This document shows, in pieces, positions 14,716 through 28,000 of a DNA stretch of 64,000 bases. A program made the position numbers and the translations under genes. The first letter of the stretch is position 1. Each line of letters opens with the position of its first letter. Below the pieces are notes generated by a model that was not told the DNA's origin, searched no databases, and worked only from the letters and a program-made list of their open reading frames with translations. Source of the DNA: Paragordius varius (Eukaryota > Animalia > Nematomorpha); the NCBI GenBank assembly GCA_964247055.1, contig OZ176053.1, positions 8,246,001 to 8,310,000 of the forward strand. The letters are read 5' to 3'.

Positions 14716-15382
14716 TTAAAAACCATCCAAAACATAAATATATAACATCTTTAAGTGACTAATTAAGGGTTTATTTAATTACCTTATCTCTATTAAGCAT
14801 ATAAATAATTTTTTTTTCTTTTTGAAAAGAGATATTAGGTGGCGCCGATAAGCAATATGGATAATTTTAACATGCTCAAAATAGGAGACATAAATTAATA
14901 ATATATTTGGTATTGTGCTTAAATTTTGTTTTTCATAAAATAAAAATGTTTAGTTATGCTAGATACATAGTTAACAAATTGGGTAAGAACATCTTAACAA
15001 TTAATATATATTCGGATAAATTATATCGGGATTTTCACGGTGTTTTGATTTATGGCTCACGTGTATGAAAGTTATTTGCGCGTCCAAAATTGGGGTTATG
15101 AAAAATTTGATGAAATATATATTCTTTGTAAAGAAAATTTATCAAGATTAACATGGTGGTTTAGGTTTTGTTACGGGCGATTTAATATAAATAAATTTTT
15201 TAGTAGTAGTTTCTGGATATCTGAAATGGTAAAATTTGCTCACATTTGTATAAAAATTTTTAAAAGAAAGCTTAAGGCCTCATAAAAAACATCACGATAT
15301 ATGATTAACTCACATAAAAAGCAAAAAAGAATATAAAACTTTTTAGCTTTGGGGTCCATACCAAATTTTTTCGTAGTTTTAA

Positions 15383-15585
15383 CACTTGAATACAACACAC
15401 TCATTTCAGTCCTTCTAAGGCTTGTTTAAAATTAAATATTCTAAAAATGAATAAATTGAAACCATGGCAAAAGTTTGCATTTTTATAACATTAATGAACC
15501 GAAATAGCCAAAAATTCAAATTACTTTATATTATTTATTAAAAGATAAAACATAAAGGTAAAAATTTAGACAACATGACATGTGT
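15383..15585 (+). mobile_element. Truncated left half of family A MITE
   Basis: TTAA then cacttgaatacaacacactcatttcagtcc, aaaccatggcaaaagtttgca and ggtaaaaatttagacaacatgacatgtgtg, colinear with 14136-14375 but with an internal deletion. Confidence 0.8.
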
Positions 15586-15601
15586 GCGAAAGCTAAGGGT
15601 G

Positions 15602-15746
15602 GGGTGACAATAAAGTCGCACTTCACTTGTAAGCTAAGCGTGGCAAGTTGAGGATTACTTAAGCCAGCAAGTGTACACTTGAAGATCGGTGATAAAAAAA
15701 CACTTAAGTCAAGACTTTTGCTTATGAACGTATTTTTTTGTCACCC
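15602..15746. mobile_element. Small inverted-repeat element (possible MITE) abutting the truncated family A copy
   Basis: gggtgacaataaa and tttttttgtcaccc are inverted (12/13 match). No clear TSD. Confidence 0.35.
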
Positions 15747-16245
15747 AATTCGAATTTTATGGAAATTTTTTGATCATTTTCAGTCAAATTTATAAAATAA
15801 GGCACAAAAGGATAAAAAATTAATAATATGCATTTATTAAAGTTTTTCAAACTCATTGGCACGTATCTTATTTAATATTATAGAGTTTTCTAAAAATTGA
15901 GCCTGGTAATAATTTTTAGATTGATGAAACCCTTTGCCCTTAAAACACTTTCCATTCACCAAAAAATGTGCCCAATATTGGACCATTTTCTAATATACTT
16001 ACCACAAAAGTGATAACTTAACTCGTAAAAACCAAACGCACCATGATAACCCTGCTACATTTTCCTACCAAAATACATATACAGTATGCATTTTAATGGT
16101 TGCTTTTTGTAAACTATCAATTTATAACACAATAGCTTATGAGAAAGCAACAAAATGTTGAATAAAGAATTTTTTCCTTTCTTTTTTTCCATACACTACT
16201 GTGTTGCAAATTGGCCTACTATAGCGTGAAAATATAAATCCTTAA

Positions 16246-16741
16246 CACTCCATTACTTTTTCGGGTAGTTTTATATTCTATAGCGATATATTTGAATATT
16301 TAAAAGGCATTTAAAGCGAATTTAAAAATATGCTTTTATTAGCCTTTTTGGTGTATTATATAAAAATTATAAAAACTCATCTCGAACTTTTTAGCCTTCA
16401 TTTTTTTCTAATTTTCTTTAAATTGCTAATGTAACAGACGAATATATATATATATTCGTTAAAAAATGTTAATAATTGAAAGCCAGGCTGCATTTTGCAG
16501 GCAAAAAATCTCGATATATTTTGATTTAAATATCAACTGTTTTCCAATCGTGTAAGCTGTGCCATTTTTGAATCTAAAAGAAACAGAAATGCAAAAATAT
16601 AAGCTTTATCTACATGAGAACAATGTTTTATAATAAATAGTCAATTAAAATAACTTTTTCAAACAAAAATTTACAAAATTGAACTCTGGGATATATAGCT
16701 ACAGCAATATGAAGACAAAAAAATGAAAAGGTAATGAAGTG
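16246..16741. mobile_element. TTAA MITE family B, upstream of PDXK
   Basis: TTAA|cactccattacttttt ... aaaaggtaatgaagtg|TTGA; 14/16 TIR match. Internal similarity to 12046-12555 and 63740-63975. Confidence 0.7.
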
Positions 16742-16905
16742 TTGAAATGCATTTATTTTATCAGGATATTTTATTACATTGTGTAATGTCAAATTTGCAT
16801 AATTTGGTTGTGGAAAAGATTCTAAAAAGTATTAAGTATACAAGGTAAATAAATTAGAATATATAGGATAAGCACATGTGATTTGCAACAATTTGTGCAC
16901 ATTTT

Positions 16906-17844
16906 ATGAACGGCGTACTTTCAATCCAAAGCCATGTGGTTCACGGTTATGTTGGAAATAAGGCAAGCACTTTTCCCTTACAGCTTCTCGGCTTTGAAGT
17001 AGATCCAATAAATACTGTTCAATTTTCGAATCACACTGGCTATAAAAATGGCTGGACTGGAAATTCTGTTGAACCCATGACCTTACTAGAACTATATGAA
17101 GGACTTAGAAAAAATGATATAGCAGAATATTCTTATATTTTATCCGGTTATATAAAGGATGAAAATTCACTAGAAGCAATCTCTAATATTTTTATGGATC
17201 TTAAAGCTAAAAATCCCTCTCTTACATATGTCTGTGATCCTGTTTTGGGAGATAATGGAAAGCTTTATGTCCCAGAAGAGTTGGTCAATGTTTACAAAGA
17301 GTTAATAATTCCATTGGCTAACATTATAACGCCTAATCAGTTTGAAGCGGAATTGTTATCTGGCATCCCTCTTACGTGTGAAAATAGCGTTGTTGAAATT
17401 ACTAATATTTTTCATAGATTGGATATTGAAATCGCAGTTATAACAAGTTGCAGCCTTAATGACAAATTAGCATGTTACGTAAGTTATCTTAAACCTAACA
17501 GTGAGGATGGTAAAAATCATGTGATTATTAAAGCCGAATTCCCTGTCATAAAGCATATTTTTGTAGGAACCGGTGATCTATTTACAGCTTTATTTCTTGC
17601 ATGGTACTACAAACTTTCACAAAATGATCTTGTTTCCGTTGTTGAAAAAGTTCTTTCCACTGTTCAAACCATCCTAAAAACTACAGTACAACATTATCAA
17701 GATAATCAAAAAACACTGATAAATGTCGACAATGATGCTAAATATTTAGAACTGAAAATTATTGAATCAAAAAATGTCATCGAAAATCCGCCAGACTTGA
17801 TAAAAGCACACATTATATATGACAAACTGTTTAAAATTTTGTGA
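16906..17844 (+). CDS. PDXK: Pyridoxal kinase (ribokinase/PfkB fold), 312 aa, single exon
   Basis: VLSIQSHVVHGYVGNKASTFPLQLLGFEVDPINTVQFSNHTGY, YVCDPVLGDNGKLYVP, ITPNQFEAELL, catalytic VGTGDLF and C-terminal LELKIIESK are colinear with eukaryotic PDXK over its full length in one uninterrupted ORF. Confidence 0.97.
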   Translation: MNGVLSIQSHVVHGYVGNKASTFPLQLLGFEVDPINTVQFSNHTGYKNGWTGNSVEPMTLLELYEGLRKNDIAEYSYILSGYIKDENSLEAISNIFMDLKAKNPSLTYVCDPVLGDNGKLYVPEELVNVYKELIIPLANIITPNQFEAELLSGIPLTCENSVVEITNIFHRLDIEIAVITSCSLNDKLACYVSYLKPNSEDGKNHVIIKAEFPVIKHIFVGTGDLFTALFLAWYYKLSQNDLVSVVEKVLSTVQTILKTTVQHYQDNQKTLINVDNDAKYLELKIIESKNVIENPPDLIKAHIIYDKLFKIL

Positions 17845-18078
17845 CATATCTCGAGGCAATATGAAATCCTTGTCACTATATAATTGTTAAATATGTTAGT
17901 AAAATGTAATAAATCCTTTACAGATAACTTGCACAATTAGAAATTCGTTAATATCTATGGGATTAGAATGTTTTTGACCGAAATTAATTTTACAAGTCAT
18001 AATATATTTTTATCCTCATATAATTTAATTATAATGTTGAAAGTAATTGAAAAAAAAATACTTAAATTTTATCTAGTA

Positions 18079-18893
18079 TATACTATTTACAACTCAAGTT
18101 TACACTCGAACAATTCAAACTCACCCTTAAACCAATCAAATTCTCGAACAATTCAGAGTAACGCTCAAACAATGCAAATTTATCCTAAAAATAAAATATG
18201 TGTTTTTGGGCTAATAAAATTCATTATTAATATGAAATATTTCTTTACGGCCTAATTTTTTTTATATATATAATCCAAATCTATATATTTATAAAAATGG
18301 AAATTGGGGGCTTTGTGATCTGTTTCCGGAAAACCGGTATCATTAATGAATGCCCCGACAATAGCATCGCCCTTTTTTTGAAATAGGCCCCCAGTTCGGG
18401 CCCACCCCATGTGAAAAATGGGTATTTTTGAAAACTCAATCCACAAAAATCGTGTCTTTGAGACAATTTTTCAGAAAACGTGTTAGACCATTCAATTTCA
18501 AATATGATTTTTGTTTAGTTATTTTCGATTGCGCCGAACATAGTCGTCTCGCTCTTTTAATTTAGGCCCTCTTTTTACCCGCTCCCCCCGTAAAATGCTT
18601 TTTTTTAATAAACAAAGTCCACAAAAATAATTTTTTGAATCTATTTTTCCCCCAAATAAACAATACATTAGTATGAATGCACTGTTTAGAAATTCCATGA
18701 GATCATAGCTATTGAATAATGTTTCGAAATAATTCACATATGTGGATCATTTTATTGTCCCTTTTTTCAAATTATCCCCCGCTCCAGAAGTCCGAAGGAC
18801 TTCCTCGGGCTGCGTAGCAGCACGAGATTTACGCTAGTTAATTATATATTAAGGTGCATTCGAATCATTCAAGGGTGATGAGGTGATGGTATA
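18079..18893. mobile_element. Foldback-type MITE (long TIRs with ~20-nt subrepeats), interrupted by a Helitron
   Basis: Left arm tatactatttacaactcaagtttacactcgaacaattcaaactcaccc...; remnant right arm aagggtgatgaggtgatggtata. Same family as 24613-25037 and 28404-28754. Confidence 0.6.
18280..18837 (+). mobile_element. 558-bp non-autonomous Helitron with both termini intact
   Basis: A|TCTATATATTTATAAAAATGG 5' end. GC hairpin ctcgggctgc-gta-gcagcacgag (18804-18826, 9/10 pairs) lies 7 nt before the CTAG|T 3' end. No TSD; inserted between A and T. A second copy of the 5' part is at 45680-46068. Confidence 0.85.
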
Positions 18894-19013
18894 AATAAAT
18901 CTTAGTAAAACGCTTTGGTTATAATAAAAAATATATGCATTTTTGAAGACTGAGTATTTAAATAAAGAGTTTCAAATATCTTTAAAAATATTTTTGATCA
19001 TATAGTGACATAG

Positions 19014-22000
19014 ATGGAATACATATATATATATATTTGTATGGTTTTTCTATTTTTCTATCATGATGTAGTTAGGGCGTAATTTGTTTATACATGAAAA
19101 CTTTGCTGCTAATAACATTTATAAATTTAAAATTCTCAAAAATAAACTTTCCTTCCTCCTTCAATATTTTTTATAAAAATTAAAAAAAATTTACTATGAA
19201 AGCCTAAGTTTTGGCCCAAAACCCCCAATTAATATGTTTTAGTTTCCCAACCAATTAAAAATAATGTGCCATGTAAGTAACCTTAAATTTTATCGGCAAA
19301 TTTTAAATCGGTGGTCATTTTTAAATTATATTTTAGAAATTCTAAACATTTATTCTTTGTATTTTAAATGAAAGTATACATTTTTTATATGACATTAATT
19401 ATAAGAATTTTAAGTGCTGAGATTTTGCATAGTAATGCCAATAACTTAAAAATATATGGTATTTCAAGTAGTTTTATTAATGGATCCAATATCCTGTTTG
19501 ATGGCTTTAAACATATCTGTACACTGTCTTCTAATTCACAATCTTTATCATCAGTAATTGAACATTGGATGACAATTTCGATGACAAATACATTTTCTTT
19601 TATGATTCAAATGGATTCACTTACATTTTATTATGGAAATAACAGTATAATAGAATTAAATAATGGTTTATATAAAACATTAACACAATATTGAATATAA
19701 TTTTTGCTCCTTTTATATCTCCTTAAAATATAAAGTAATTTAATATTCTAATTTCAAATCAATGGTAAAATATGGCTTTTTTGTATATTTTTTAAAATAC
19801 TAGAATAAACATATGGTTTTACTTATAACCATTGCGGTTATTTAACGTTAGTATTATATGTATGTATATATATCGATAAAATGCTATAACCATTGATTCA
19901 ATTTGAATTTTGGAAATATATTGGACTAAAATATTTTATATAATTATAAATATGGCCAAGCCATAAGATTTATTTTTATAATTAATTATAAAAATTAATT
20001 TTCAATCTTATCACACATACTTTTTTTAGTATCTGAAAACACACTAATTAGCACCAAAGTAGGGTTAGTGGAACCTAACAAATTAATGCGCTCACCCTCT
20101 TCACAAGGGGGTGAACGATCTAGGGTACACGCCTCAGATTTAGAAACGGCTTTTCAAACTTGCAATGATGTGATGATAGAATACTCAACATTAAAAAATG
20201 AGGTAGAATGTCGCAAACCAGTTATTGGGAGATATGTGTATGTGGAATTCAAGGGTCCTGTTTTATCTTTTTCGTTGTGTGAAGTGGAGATTTTCGGTCA
20301 TAAACAAGGTTTTAAATTACATAATACATATTGACTTATTTAGTGGCTTCCGACTAATGCTCTATTGGGTTTAAATTCCATAACTGTACATGTTTTTTCT
20401 CATTACTGTTAGTTTTGAGCAGGGGAGTGTCTAGATCCTCTATAAAATTGAAATTCTTACTCTTAAAAATAAAAGGAAAAAAGAGATTATAAAATATGTA
20501 TTTCTGAAACATATCCTACCTAAATTGTATGAATTGAATTTTCAAACTTACCTTGTAAATTGTTCACATATATTTATAAATATATGGATATGTATCCAGT
20601 AGTAACTTATATTACAGGGAGATGTCAAATATATCTACCTTTTTATTTTTGATCTTAGTCTCGTATTTCTTTTAACACCCAAAAAATTTATTGTACCTTT
20701 ACTTTCGAAAATTACGATAGCCAATCGTAACTCACACAAATCAGCAGGTAAACAGCTCTGATCTACTAATCTTATTCTGATTATATTGCTTGAACAATAT
20801 ATTTTAAGATATAAACGCGAAGTGCTTGTACCACCTCCAACTAGGTTGTGGGTATTTTCAAGCCATCATTTTCATTTTTTGACTAGTTTAAGGATTATAT
20901 TAAATACGTAATTCTAATTATGGACCTTAAATAAAAGCATGTACATATGTCACCATTACTCCCTCAAGCTCATTAGGCTTCAACATATGAAATAATGAAT
21001 TACTACAATTAAAATTTAAAAAAAAGTTATCAAATAGTGAATAAAAATTTGATGTGGATGACTATATATTTTTTTCACCATAGTCAATATGAGGGGGATA
21101 CTTAAAGAGATAATAAGCAGTCATTTGCACCGTTTTCAAAATTCTTTAGATTTTTTTATCAATTTTTATTTTCTGTCCACTACGATCTGCCAGCAGTAAG
21201 TTTATTAATATATCATTTTAAAAAAAAGTCAATTATTATATTATATTTTAACTAGTTCTTGTAATTGGTCATTGACCCTTAGCAAGATCTTTTTACCACA
21301 TAATTTAAGGTTTGAACTAATTTCTTTTATGTGGATATCTTATGCATAGAAAATTTGGTTATGATAACGAATCAGAAATACATTTTTAAATCTACGCGCC
21401 AAAAGCTAGCGACCCCAGGAAATGGAATTCTTAACGAGCCTGATGCATGTTGGTCTCTCTCAATAAATGATTTCCGTAAGCCATATATTATTTTGGTTTA
21501 TAATTTTGTCAAGCTTGAAACAAGATTTTTAAAAATCAAAATATAATTTTAAAATTTTTAATTTAATAAATACGGATGATTTAGAGTTTTTTAAATTATT
21601 TTTCTAGTTAAAATGTCTCTTTCTGGCATATAAAATGCAGTGCTTTTTAATCGAAATTTTCTTGATTGGATCAATTGCCTGAATCTTTTCTTATTTTTAA
21701 AATAAGGTCATTTATTTATATTTTTAATTCCTTTTAAAAAATATTTAGATTATCAACAAATATATTGGGTGGTGGATTTTAATACATATGGTTTGGCTAA
21801 AACCCCGTTATATTTTATCGACACCATAATTTTTCACACAAATGGTAATTATATGTCCATACGTTAATTTTATTAAAGTTATAATTAATGAAAATGTTAT
21901 GATAACATATTTTATATAAGCTAGAAAAATTCCCAATTATTTTACATTTTTAGGAATTACAAATGGTATCATATGGAACTATAAAATTTTTACAATATCT

Positions 22001-25000
22001 CAATTAACCATAAATAATCATACTCGGCAATTATGTATAGAGGGCGTTGTTCCAACAAATCAAGACCTTTATGTTTTTAAGTATTTTCCATAATGCTTTG
22101 AATAATGTATATTATAAAGTTATAATAATAGTGTGTGAACTTTTAGGACAAGTAAACTCTTTTTCATTACCCTTTACTGCCAAAATATAATTCATTAAAT
22201 ATTATATCGGTTGATTTTTTTTGTTTTTCTTCATCTTTAGGTAAATATTTGCTTAAACTTAAATAATCGAATTTTTATATATAAAAAAATAATGATTAAT
22301 GTGGTTTATTATGCAGTAAATATTGAAATAATACGGACAAAACGTAAAATTATAAATACAATTTTTTAAAAAAGACTAAAACTTTAATTAATCGGACAAA
22401 AATCATTGAATACAATCGTAAAATACATGATAGATTGTGTTACCAATTTAAATCTCTATTTTATACCTTGCGGTTTAAAAACAATTACCTATATGTAACA
22501 TAGCCAAGATGTATGGTTGTCTTTTAGAAAAAATATTTGTATTTATATTTTTAAGCTTTGTCCGTATAATTTCGATTTTTACTTAAAAATATATTGTTGT
22601 TAAAGCATAAACAGAAATTTATGGTGCATTGGAACAAGTGTTCTATTTTCGACCACCATGCCTCTATGTGAAGTCGAATTGTATGGAACTAAATTGGGTA
22701 TACCCTCTAAGCTAAACTTTATGTAAAAATAGTTGCACCTGCCTACAGTAAAAAAAATATAAAGGCAAAACCTAAAAAGTGATTTAGACTTATAAATCAT
22801 TGATTTTTGATTATTACCTGGCGATCGTTCTGGCTCGCAAAATGAAAAATAGTGATGTAGTTTGGCAACACACTCAATTTTAAATTGATTTTAGGACTGG
22901 AGGATAATCTAACATCAATATTTATAAAAAATAATGTTTATAATTCGACTTTTTTTTAATTTTTCCTCTCATTTGTTTTTAAATTTACTCAATTATTACA
23001 GAGTCGGCCCATACTTATGCATATGAACCGCAAGATGTTAACCTTGAAAGACCAGTACCTAATGTAAAGTATGCTTATATTGTATCTCTCGTTTAATAAT
23101 AATAGTAAATGTATATCCCTACAATCTGAAATAACTCTATCGCTTGTAAACAACACAAGCAAAAATCAGTTTTTTCGCATTCAATACATATCACTACATT
23201 CCATTTTTTTGTCACCGGCTGGCAGTATACCCAAAGTTACAGCTTCGGTTTTATGGCTTAAGGGATTAAATTCTAAATCAAATATAAGATATCCATGCGC
23301 AACCAAAAATATTGGTAATAAAATTTCATTGTTTAATTTACGATTATTATGAAAAAAATAAACACGAGTTTTGAGAAGATTTTTAACATAACAATAATAT
23401 TTTAAATTAGTCATAATTAAAAATTTTTAGAAAACGACAAATAATATTTTTAAATATATTTAATTATCGTTTCTTTTAAATATTTTATTGCAGGAGAATC
23501 TATAAATTTTGATTGTAAATGCATAAAAGGAAACGCAATACATATTGCTATTGATCCTCCACAAATAGTCAACATGACCATATGCAACCTTGTAATTTCC
23601 GTGACAGTAGACAGTTAGTTAAATTTGGGAAAAATTTAAAATGTTATGTATTATATGGTGATAATATGTAAATGATATGCCATATGATTTTGGGTCCATT
23701 TTAAGATGAATATATTGTATAAATGATCTTTAGGTGTGGAACTAAAATTATTTACTAACACAAAGTATCGAGAGATGGATTTTATGCTGAAAAACAGTAT
23801 TTATGGCAACTTGGCCCCTAAAGAAAAGATAAAAATGAAGTCTAATCTAATGGTTCAATGTACAATGAATCTAAATGTTCCCTATGAATGTGCATGGCTT
23901 AATGATAAGGGAATCGTAATATCATCTATGGCTAATACAATTGCTTTACATAATGATAACATAACTGATGGGCTTACATGTTCTTGTGTGTCAGTCTTTT
24001 TTCATCCAATCAAATTTGAAAAGACAATAAAGTTATTAAATTTGGGTAGGCAGTTGAAATTTATTTATGGCGATTTATTTGGTTAAAACTTATATAGATC
24101 TACCTTTCCCCTTTTCAAGAATAAAGAACCGTAACTGAAAATGTTCGGTTTTTGTTTCGCAAAAAATCGTTTTCTGTTTTATAATTTTATGGTCAAATGG
24201 TTTGATTTTGGTTTAATATTTTAAAAATTACAGATATTAAATTTTGAGTTAGAATTTTAATATTAACTGTAAAAATCTAATCAAAACCATAACTGATAAA
24301 GTTTGCTATATTTCTCTAACATATCTAAAAAATACATATTTTTGTGATTTATATATAGAAAATAAGTAATTATTGATATATAGAATTAAATACAAATTAA
24401 AAATAAAATATTTAATATAAGATTTCCTGATATACTAATTTTATCTAACATTCCACATATCTGCAAGGACAAATGGATGTTTTGCCCGCTCGACTAAAAA
24501 AATCAGCTATTGGTGTTTTGAGCACTCTCGTTTCGTCACTGACTTCATTCCAAAAAGTAAATGTTTTTGGTAACTATGTTTTCAACAAATATATTGTTTG
24601 ATAAAATTAGTTTACACCATTTACACTCGAATTATCATAATATTCAAATATATCTCCAAGACTTTCAAATTCATTTAACATATCAATTTCACCCTAAACC
24701 ATTCTAAATAACCCTACAAAAATAATATGTGTTTATCTAGACTATTAAATCATAATTGACACTTATGTGGCTGGCATTATCATTTTTTTATTTAATACTC
24801 TTGTCAATGATATTTAAATTGATAGGTGCTTTTTGTTTATGAAAATGCATTATTAAGGAACGTAAATTTAAATTTATTTCATATTCTTAAATAATTGATT
24901 TTTTATAAATCTTAATCATGAGTGAATTTAACCCAGAAACACTTTACTATCTATAGAGTCTATTTTAAACGGCGTAAATTTGAAATTTTTAAGGGTGAAT

Positions 25001-28000
25001 TTGAATGGTTCAAGTGTTTTATTTAAAGTATGGTATATTTAATCTTAAAATTATTTTTTCCTAATTTATGACAAATAAGCCATATTGGATGGAACACGAA
25101 TATACCGACCTTCACCCCATCAATGCCGCAATCGAAGACGTGAACAGCCACGTAAAAAATGGAATGTTTTATGGCTTAGCTATAATTCATCCTTTTTTAG
25201 AACCATGGAATCATCTTATTACTTATGATGATAACGTAATGGTTCAAATGAAGACATATGAAACAGATTTTACTGGTTACAATAATTAATAAACCACTTT
25301 TTTTCGGGTTAAAATTAAAGAATCAAATATTTAAGAAAATATTACAATGACCATCTTCGTTACATATAAAAGGTTTATGTCATAAAAATTAACCTATGTT
25401 ATCTACCAGTTGTCACTCTTTTTTGACATTTATAAAGAATCACCACTTACCCAAACCTAAATACAATCTAATTTTGATTGAACCGCTTTGAAACCGGTGT
25501 TATCCTAAAGTAGAATTTTTCCTTATAATGCTGTTGTAGAATTTTTTCTCATTTACAGTATTCCATAATAAAATAATTATAAATCAAATTAAATAGTATG
25601 GAGTCAATCGATTCATGCAGACCTTTTTAAAAAGAAACTCTATTAATCCAAAAAGAGGATTAAATAATATATTTTAAACTTATTTATATTATTTAACTAG
25701 AAATCTCCTAATAATTAACCTATTGTATATTTAGGTGCTAGTTAAGATATTATAAAACTTGATAATAATATATTAAAATGAAAAGGTTTAATCTGACTTT
25801 TTTTCATTTTCCTGTATATCAATTTGTAACATGATATATGTAGTTTTGCTGAGAAATGGGTCTTATTCTTATCATTTTATCTTAATTTTTAGAGCTGCTG
25901 GAGAATGCACAGTTTCATCTGTAAAGTTTTTTCCTCTCAATATTGTTTTGCTCCATAATCACTTATATTTTATTGGTAGATCTTAAAGTTCACATTCACA
26001 ACGATCGAATATTAATAATAAGTTGGGAAGATTTGCCTATCGGATTACCCTGCACCATAAATAAAGAAGCCCAACAAGGATTTCATTTTGATGGCTGGTT
26101 TTCAGGGACTAAAAAAGTGAGTCAAAGGAAAATACATATTTTAAAAAGGGGTATCTTCATTCAATATCCCCCAGGGAATCGTATTTTACTCAGATGCCAG
26201 TATAGCAATGAAAATCATGAATTTATACAAAGGGTCATTATTATTCCTTATGGTATATAAATAATTTGACAGAACATATAAAAATAATATATAATCATCG
26301 TGTGTTATGCACAAAAAAGTAATAATTCAATTGTCCAAATTTTTGTCTTTTCAAAAATTAATATTTTTATAAAGCGTAATCTGTTAAGGCGGTAGAACTA
26401 ATATGATACAATACAAAAAAACAGGTAAATATACGTCTCGCGACTTTACCCAATTTTCAGACTACATTAAATTTTTGTAACTGTTTATCATAAAGCATCG
26501 AATTCTGCATATAAATATGGATATTACGTACCATAATTTTCAACTCTTTTCCCATAAATTTGTCTCAATTTGAAAAAGATGGGGCGATTCATAATCTTCA
26601 ACTTTGTGTCCGATATGTTTTGCATTTTTTATTATATATACATATTTTTTTCTAGAAATTCGAATGGTTTACAATTATTCCAGCATATCTCAAACGGTAA
26701 ACATTACATGTGGAATAGATGTGTCTCTAAATTATACCCATGTAGACTATATTCATGTAAGTAATTGCGTTTCTAATCAAATTTTAGCAACATTCCGTAA
26801 AAAAGGAATTTAATAACAAACATGTCTAAAAATGTTTAAAAACTGTTTTATATTAATGGATGTTGAGAATATAACCCAATAACTTCTTAAAGTGTTATTT
26901 TGAACCCCATAAAACTTTTCAAAAACAAAATGTTTTACATTTATATTGCGAACCCTAAAAAACAGCGGCATCAATTTTTTATTTAAGCAAGTGTAATATA
27001 TCCGTATGATACAATATACCCTCGAAATCCCATCAAAATTATAAATTTAATAAAGTGTTAAGCTTTTCTGAAGAAAACAAATATTCTCAACAGAATATAT
27101 TTAGATTTAATCACGCCCGTGACTTTTTTGCGTTAAAATCACATGGCTGTATTACATATTGTGTGAATTTTCGAACCCATAAACGGAAAAAACAAAAAAA
27201 TGTAATTATATTTAACTTAATATAAAACATCTCAACTTATTCAAAAAAGGAGATTTGACATAATGTGCGCGATGCCAATTTTTTTGGCTAAATATGAGAA
27301 ATAACATGACTTTTTGAATTGGACGTGTCTCAAACAAATATTACCACATGAAATCTCGATAGTTTTAAAAATTAGTCCAAAATTTGGGTATTTCACAATA
27401 CAATCAAAGTTTTAAGAATTAGTTTAAATCGAAATTCCTTGATTTATTTATCAAACAAATCATAAAGTTAGTTAGTAGAAAGAGAAATATTTTGCCAAAT
27501 TACAAAAGTATGTAGTAAAAAAATTTACATATCTAAAAATCATTTTGAAATGTTGAACAAACCCATAATTTTTAACACACATTTTTTGTTAAATAATAGA
27601 TGAAATGGTACATAAATTATGATTTGGATGCCACTAACCACAGCACAACTTTAAGTTTTCAGAAATCATGTTATGAAAGCTTTTGGGTTAATTGCGAAGG
27701 CGAGGGCATCATAACCTATAAGTCGCATCAAAAATTGATACATATTCATAAAACAGTCTTTCTAGACAAATGTAAGCTCATATTTTATATATTGACTCGT
27801 CTAAAAAAATTTTTACTTTTTGGGATATATATATTCCATAGTAATTTAATAAAAAACTACACAAAATCCTTGTGTACGAAAAATTAATATTAAGTCTCAT
27901 CTTAAATTTTTAAAAATTATCATTTCTTGAACACTCAATAAACCATGCCTCCATAAGAAGTAGTTTCACAAATTAGGGTCGTTTAAGCGGAAATCTTATA

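Noticed and set aside
16906-17844. Bacterial horizontal origin of the intronless PDXK
   Set aside because: The sequence follows eukaryotic PDXK throughout, including the C-terminal LEL.I..SK segment, and its AT-rich codon usage fits the host.
18252-18737. ORFs in the Helitron copies (also 45667-45962)
   Set aside because: Short ORFs inside a non-autonomous repeat, with no Rep/helicase motifs.
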